NCBI GenBank assembly: GCA_020630715.1
Contig: JAHDIQ010000010.1
Location: forward strand, 71,883 to 135,882
Length of the DNA stretch: 64,000 bases
Direction of reading: 5' to 3'
From: Nonlabens sp.
GTDB taxonomy: Bacteria > Bacteroidota > Bacteroidia > Flavobacteriales > Flavobacteriaceae
Shown here: in pieces, positions 59,470 through 64,000 of the stretch
Layout of the letters: the number at the start of each line of letters is the position of its first letter
How positions within the stretch are numbered: the stretch's first letter is position 1
The notes under the pieces: model-generated
Seen by the model: only the letters and a program-made list of their open reading frames with translations
Databases searched by the model: none
Told to the model about the DNA's origin: nothing
Translations under genes and position numbers: made by a program

Positions 59470-60156
59470 TTAATCTTCGTTTAAAAGATCAGGTCGTCGT
59501 GTTTTAGTGCGCTCATAAGCTTGATCTTCGCGCCATTGATCTATGGCTGGTGTGTTACCACTCAATAGAATTTCTGGCACTTTGTGTCCTTTATAATCAG
59601 ATGGTCTTGTGTAAACTGGTGGTGCTAATAAACCGTCTTGAAAACTATCTGTTAATGCACTAGTCTCATCACTAATCACGCCAGGAATTAATCTTATAAG
59701 TGCATCGCATAAAACTGCGGCGCCTAACTCGCCACCACTAAGAACATAATCGCCTATAGAGATTTCTTTTGTGACGTATAAATCTCTTACCCGTTGATCG
59801 ATACCTTTATAATGACCACAAATGATCATGATGTTTTCTTTCAGAGAAAGGTGATTTGCAATTCCTTGATTTAAAGTGTCACCATCTGGAGTCATGTAAA
59901 TGACTTCGTCATAAGTACGGTCTGCTTTTAACTCACTAATCAATTTATCTAGTGGTTCTATCATCATCACCATTCCTGCGCCACCACCATACTGGTAATC
60001 ATCTACTTGATTGTATTTGTTTAAACCATAACGGCGTAAATCATGCATGTGAACTTCTACTAGTCCTTTTTGTATAGCTCTTTTTAATATAGAGGCTTCA
60101 AATGGACTTTTAATAAGTTCTGGTAATAAAGTGATGATGTCAATGCGCACAATCAT
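59470..60156 (-). CDS. trmD: tRNA (guanine37-N1)-methyltransferase
   Basis: 228 aa. [35 protein letters not shown]. Confidence 0.95.
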   Translation of the reverse strand: MIVRIDIITLLPELIKSPFEASILKRAIQKGLVEVHMHDLRRYGLNKYNQVDDYQYGGGAGMVMMIEPLDKLISELKADRTYDEVIYMTPDGDTLNQGIANHLSLKENIMIICGHYKGIDQRVRDLYVTKEISIGDYVLSGGELGAAVLCDALIRLIPGVISDETSALTDSFQDGLLAPPVYTRPSDYKGHKVPEILLSGNTPAIDQWREDQAYERTKTRRPDLLNED

Positions 60157-60223
60157 GGATTTTAATTCCTACAAATATAGATGTTCAATCACTATGCCAA
60201 CTCATAACAATTGTAATACCTAC

Positions 60224-60622
60224 TTAAATAAGTACTTTTTTAAAAATGTATATTAAGGAGCGAATTAACAAAAGAAAAATAGCGACTATTGCTGAAAACC
60301 AAGCAGTATTGTAAACTCCGAAATAAAAACTTTCAATTGGGATGAAATTTGAAAATTCAGTTCCTAAAATTATTGCTACTAAGAAAAATCGTAGTGAGTT
60401 TTTAAACCAACTAGGTTTAGAAAACATTTCAAAAATTGCAATAATAGTAACGAAAAAGAATAAATATTCATAAGTAGTACCGTAACTAATTAGGTCTAGA
60501 CTATGAGGATCTTTTTCTATCATCTCACGTAACCAATTTAAATGCTCAAGATGCTCTTTTACAGATAATAACAGTTGTGTTAGTATTATTACTATTGAAA
60601 ACTTTGGATCATAAATTCTCAT
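60224..60622 (-). CDS. Membrane protein, unassigned
   Basis: 132-aa hydrophobic ORF. Confidence 0.45.
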   Translation of the reverse strand: MRIYDPKFSIVIILTQLLLSVKEHLEHLNWLREMIEKDPHSLDLISYGTTYEYLFFFVTIIAIFEMFSKPSWFKNSLRFFLVAIILGTEFSNFIPIESFYFGVYNTAWFSAIVAIFLLLIRSLIYIFKKVLI

Positions 60623-60682
60623 TCATTTCTTTTAAAATAAATCGCACAGTGATTAACGAGTCTACAAAAATGTCAGTTGCAA

Positions 60683-60820
60683 TTACCAGTCACGTTCTTC
60701 AAAACCTTCATTCCCTTTTTTCTCAATGCGCTGTACGATAAAGTAGATCAATGCAACGATGCAAACTAGAATACCTATTCCGTACAAGAACATAAAGAAA
60801 ATCGGGAATAACGCTTCCAT
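60683..60820 (-). CDS. Candidate 45-aa single-TM micro-protein
   Basis: Hand-found ORF below the track cutoff: MEALFPIFFMFLYGIGILVCIVALIYFIVQRIEKKGNEGFEERDW. Its ATG lies 2 nt after the ybjQ stop codon. Confidence 0.3.
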   Translation of the reverse strand: MEALFPIFFMFLYGIGILVCIVALIYFIVQRIEKKGNEGFEERDW

Positions 60821-60822
60821 AA

Positions 60823-61137
60823 TTAGGATAATTTTACGGCAGTACCGTATGCTAAAATCTCGCTGGCACCTTGCATCACCATAGAACTCGCTAGACGTAC
60901 GTTCACCACAGCATCTGCGCCCATAGCTCTAGCATCATCTACCATACGTTGCATCGCTTGATCTCTCGCATGAGCTTGTAGCTTAGTATATGCACTAATT
61001 TCTCCACCTACTAGGTTTTTTAATCCTGCAAAAATATCGCGCCCTACATTACGTGCTCTTACGGTACTACCTCTTGAAATTCCTAAAACTCCTGTGATTT
61101 CTTTTCCTGGAACGGTTTCAGTTGTTGTGACGATCAT
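60823..61137 (-). CDS. ybjQ: YbjQ/UPF0145-family protein
   Basis: 104 aa. MIVTTTETVPGKEI...GGEISAYTKLQAHARDQAMQRMVDDARAMGADAVVNVR. Confidence 0.8.
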   Translation of the reverse strand: MIVTTTETVPGKEITGVLGISRGSTVRARNVGRDIFAGLKNLVGGEISAYTKLQAHARDQAMQRMVDDARAMGADAVVNVRLASSMVMQGASEILAYGTAVKLS

Positions 61138-61182
61138 ATCTTAATTTTTTAGTTATTTTTAACAATTGTTAGTTCAATCTCT

Positions 61183-62172
61183 ATGAAGCTTAAAATTACA
61201 CTATTTTGTTGTTGTCTCGCTTTCGCGAAAGCGGAATTATCAACAGCCCAAGTCGGTTTAAACGAAGCATTAACAGATCTGGTCTTGATCTCTGATCGAT
61301 ATGTGGAAACTGCGGCCGAAGCATCTGTCATGCAATCCAGTGCTGGATGGTACAACAGCGCAAAAACACTCGATAAATTTAAGTATACACTAGCATTTCA
61401 TGCTAATGGATTAGCCTTTCCAGACAGCAAAATGTCATTTGATATTAGTAATGAGGAACTGAGTAATGTGACCATACGCGGTGCAGAGACTGCTACCGTT
61501 CCTACCGCTTTGGGTAATAGAGATGTGACTTTTTTTGACTTTATGATTGATGGCGATTCTTACGAGTTTCAAGCGTTTACAGGTATTGATACTGGTTTTT
61601 TAGCTTATCCTTTCTTGCAAGGTAAAGTAGGCTTATGGCAAGAGACAGAGCTTACCTTGCGTTACTCACCACGCATTAAAATAGACAAATCCAGATATGC
61701 GATTTATGGCGTAGGCTTACAACATAATCTATCGCAATACCTTTTTAAAGAGAAACGACCTGTAGAAATTGCAGTGCTAGGAAGTTATTCTTTATTTGAT
61801 CTAGACTTAGGATTTGATTCTTATGCCGTACGATCTGATGCTAACAGTGCACCGCTGGCAGTAATTGACAGCTCAGTGCTGGATGCGCATGCGATATTAT
61901 TACAATTAATCGCTAGTAAGGATTATGAGAACTGGACCTTTAGCACTGGAGTAGGTTATAACCGCAGTTGGATCGATTATGAATTAGGTGGTGAAGATGG
62001 TTTTTTTCTGGATGTTCTTAATGAATTCCTCACCGTATTAAGTGAACGTCAGGATAGTTATAAAGCAGATTTAGGTGCGACGTATCATTTTACAAATTGG
62101 GATTTAAACACACAATTAAGTGTAGGTAATTTTGTAAATCTAAACATAGGTGCTATTTACAGGCTCAACTAG
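61183..62172 (+). CDS. Secreted, probably outer-membrane beta-barrel protein, unassigned
   Basis: 329 aa. Signal peptide ...CCCLAFAKA, which holds palindrome copy 61218..61233. Alternating-hydrophobic strands. C-terminus NLNIGAIYRLN. Confidence 0.5.
   Translation: MKLKITLFCCCLAFAKAELSTAQVGLNEALTDLVLISDRYVETAAEASVMQSSAGWYNSAKTLDKFKYTLAFHANGLAFPDSKMSFDISNEELSNVTIRGAETATVPTALGNRDVTFFDFMIDGDSYEFQAFTGIDTGFLAYPFLQGKVGLWQETELTLRYSPRIKIDKSRYAIYGVGLQHNLSQYLFKEKRPVEIAVLGSYSLFDLDLGFDSYAVRSDANSAPLAVIDSSVLDAHAILLQLIASKDYENWTFSTGVGYNRSWIDYELGGEDGFFLDVLNEFLTVLSERQDSYKADLGATYHFTNWDLNTQLSVGNFVNLNIGAIYRLN
61218..61233. repeat. Palindrome family copy 14 (16/16)
   Basis: Inside the signal-peptide codons of 61183..62172 (L-A-F-A-K-A-E). 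Confidence 0.95.
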
Positions 62173-62533
62173 AAGCTCTGTTTTTTTCGATTATATAAAT
62201 TAGAATTCCAGCAAGTGTATAACACAATAAGTCCATCCATGAAAAATGGGTTCCTATAATAACACGTGCTAGTTTATAGTCTTCTAAACCTAAAAGGCTC
62301 ACTACTTTAAAACATTGAGCGATCTCTACTGTATAACAAAATATCATGGTAATCCATAAACTAATACGCCAGTTCCATATTCCAGTAGTCATCACTATCG
62401 CATAGATCAATATGGTTACGAGAAAATCACCTAGATAAGGTCTTATAAAACCATCATTGATCCACAATCCTATCGCTATTTCTACAACCAGTAATAGGAT
62501 GGCAATCCATAAATATCCTAATCTAATCTTCAT
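62165..62533 (-). CDS. Four-TM membrane protein, unassigned
   Basis: 122-aa hydrophobic ORF, last gene of a minus-strand membrane-protein operon. Confidence 0.5.
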   Translation of the reverse strand: MKIRLGYLWIAILLLVVEIAIGLWINDGFIRPYLGDFLVTILIYAIVMTTGIWNWRISLWITMIFCYTVEIAQCFKVVSLLGLEDYKLARVIIGTHFSWMDLLCYTLAGILIYIIEKNRASS

Positions 62534-62537
62534 GTAA

Positions 62538-63200
62538 TTACTTTTTATAACTAGTATAAACGTAATAACTAGTAGATAAAAATAAACTCATACTTAGCAT
62601 AAATAACCAAGCTTCTAGATGATCTTGCGGTGCCATAATGAGATCCATACAGTCATTCCACAATAGTAATGGGTTTTTTATAATATCCCAGCTGTTATAA
62701 CGCAATTCCCTACCTAGATAAATGCCAAAAGCACTAAGCATTACAAACACATAAGGCAATTTGTGAAGTAGTTTTTTCCAGCGATATTTAAATAGTTTTG
62801 ATATAGAACGACTCATATCATAAATACTTAATATACCTAGATAGGTGCCTAGAACAGCAAAACTAACTATAAGTAACGCATCAAAAACGCGCCAACTTCC
62901 ACTAGAGTTACTTATATGAATTAAGTCTGTAATGATATATGGTGCATTAGGTAAAAACAGCAACCAGATCATGAACAGTCCTACAAAACTAATTTTACTC
63001 CAGCGGTTGTTATAGTTTTCATGTCTCAAATAACTACTGATCACGTAAGGAATAAAGGCGAGTATTAAATTCCATACGAGGAATAATAAATAAAAGTCAT
63101 GCGTTAATTTAATACGCAATACCAGTAAACTGCTTGCTAGTAAAGTGAATACTGCGATACGACTCCATTCTGTATAGGTTTTTATAGATATAGTTTTCAT
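62538..63200 (-). CDS. Multi-pass membrane protein, unassigned
   Basis: The start is moved to MKTISIKTYTEWSRIAVF (ATG at 63200), giving an ATGA overlap with the upstream ORF. Confidence 0.55.
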   Translation of the reverse strand: MKTISIKTYTEWSRIAVFTLLASSLLVLRIKLTHDFYLLFLVWNLILAFIPYVISSYLRHENYNNRWSKISFVGLFMIWLLFLPNAPYIITDLIHISNSSGSWRVFDALLIVSFAVLGTYLGILSIYDMSRSISKLFKYRWKKLLHKLPYVFVMLSAFGIYLGRELRYNSWDIIKNPLLLWNDCMDLIMAPQDHLEAWLFMLSMSLFLSTSYYVYTSYKK

Positions 63201-63493
63201 GCGATGGTGGTGAATAGGTAAAAGTAAAAGCCAGCAATAGGTAGGTTCAATAATTGTATTCCTAAGACTTTTAAGGTTTGTAACTGGTGTTGTTTTTTTA
63301 TAAGAACATGAATAATACGTGCGATAAATGCAATGATGTTTACTGCAAATGCAATCCATAAGTAGAAATAACCAGCTACGGCAATTTCAAAATCTTGAAT
63401 AATGGCAAAGCTTGTTATAAATAGCGTTCCTATGACAAATGACACGATGGTCATGATCATAATAAGTCTGTTTAATTTTTCTAATGCTTTCAT
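63197..63493 (-). CDS. Three-TM membrane protein, unassigned
   Basis: 98-aa hydrophobic ORF. ATGA overlaps at both ends. Confidence 0.45.
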   Translation of the reverse strand: MKALEKLNRLIMIMTIVSFVIGTLFITSFAIIQDFEIAVAGYFYLWIAFAVNIIAFIARIIHVLIKKQHQLQTLKVLGIQLLNLPIAGFYFYLFTTIA

Positions 63494-63792
63494 AAGCTAA
63501 TGATGTAAAGCCATGCAGTAGCATGAGCTATGTTAAGTGAAATGAGATAAAGACTAAATAAATGCTCTTTGAACAAATGAGGTAGAAAACACAAACGCAT
63601 CAGATTAATAACGCCTAGAACAAAGTGACCTATCCCAGCAATAAGGATGATAAAACCACCTAATATCTCTAGATATAATATCCCAAATAGGCTTCCTAAA
63701 CCGGTAATCATTCCTAAAAGCGATGTGATGACTACAAATTTGGCAGTGAATTTCCCTACCAGTTCAAAACTATTGATCTGTTGTAGTATCAT
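63490..63792 (-). CDS. Three-TM membrane protein, unassigned
   Basis: 100-aa hydrophobic ORF. Confidence 0.45.
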   Translation of the reverse strand: MILQQINSFELVGKFTAKFVVITSLLGMITGLGSLFGILYLEILGGFIILIAGIGHFVLGVINLMRLCFLPHLFKEHLFSLYLISLNIAHATAWLYIISL

Positions 63793-64000
63793 CCTGCATA
63801 GGTTTTAATTGATAAGCAATCCAGTTAAAATCCTGCCAGTCGCGGTCATAAAATTTAGAATACTTTTTACGGCTATTGTAACGGTGATATTCTGGTAATT
63901 GCTGTTCATAGTTTTCCAGCAGATTGAATTCCTTTAAAACCACGGCATTTTGAGGCATTAAATCTGTCAGGTAATTCGTGTCGATATGCTCATGTTCTAG
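63770..64000 (-). CDS. Soluble protein, partial (N-terminus beyond the window end)
   Basis: The frame of track ORF 63770..63958 stays open upstream to base 64000 (LEHEHIDTNYLTDL-MPQNAVV...), so the true start is probably outside the window. Confidence 0.4.
   Translation of the reverse strand, partial: LEHEHIDTNYLTDLMPQNAVVLKEFNLLENYEQQLPEYHRYNSRKKYSKFYDRDWQDFNWIAYQLKPMQDDTTTDQ

Overview
This is 64 kb of an AT-rich chromosome (roughly 35-40% G+C by eye, not computed). It looks like a marine Flavobacteriia (Bacteroidota) genome. The evidence is T9SS type-A C-terminal sorting domains, many lipobox lipoproteins, TAnnTTTG-type -7 boxes, a monomeric isocitrate dehydrogenase and bacillithiol BshB1. 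I support about 59 protein genes (two cut by the window edges), one tRNA-His, one RAYT/IS200-like transposase cassette, several rho-independent terminators and one dispersed palindromic repeat family. From left to right the window holds: (1) a GNAT / rifampicin-phosphotransferase-like PEP-utilising enzyme / UbiA-like operon (1-4265, minus strand); (2) typA; (3) an amino-sugar module (acyltransferase-like protein, DegT aminotransferase, Wzx flippase); (4) a DnaQ-like exonuclease; (5) a ~20 kb beta-glucan (laminarin-type) utilisation locus at 12014-32785; (6) housekeeping genes (FAD oxidase, SurA/PpiC isomerases, MoxR, aconitase, bshB1, a trans-sulfuration enzyme, hutI/hutG, icd, rplS, trmD, ybjQ) mixed with many unassigned secreted and membrane proteins. 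The glucan locus has a transmembrane Y_Y_Y/LuxR regulator, GH16, three GH17 domains, GH30, a GH94/GH149-like cytoplasmic phosphorylase candidate, an MFS-GH17 fusion and glycan-binding lipoproteins, but no SusC/SusD pair. Three observations stand out. First, the palindrome CGCTTTCGCGAAAGCG (often extended to 22-26 bp) occurs 14 times, half of them in frame inside unrelated genes. Second, in the SusC/D-less glucan locus the position normally held by SusC/SusD is taken by a 1060-aa protein followed by a CBM-like lipoprotein. That protein is a clan GH-A glycosidase-like domain fused to a long beta-barrel-like C-terminal region. Third, tRNA-His is followed by tandem copies of its own 3' end plus terminator, and a RAYT cassette flanked by GC-rich hairpins is inserted in that array. 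All functional calls come from motif recognition by eye. No database search was possible.
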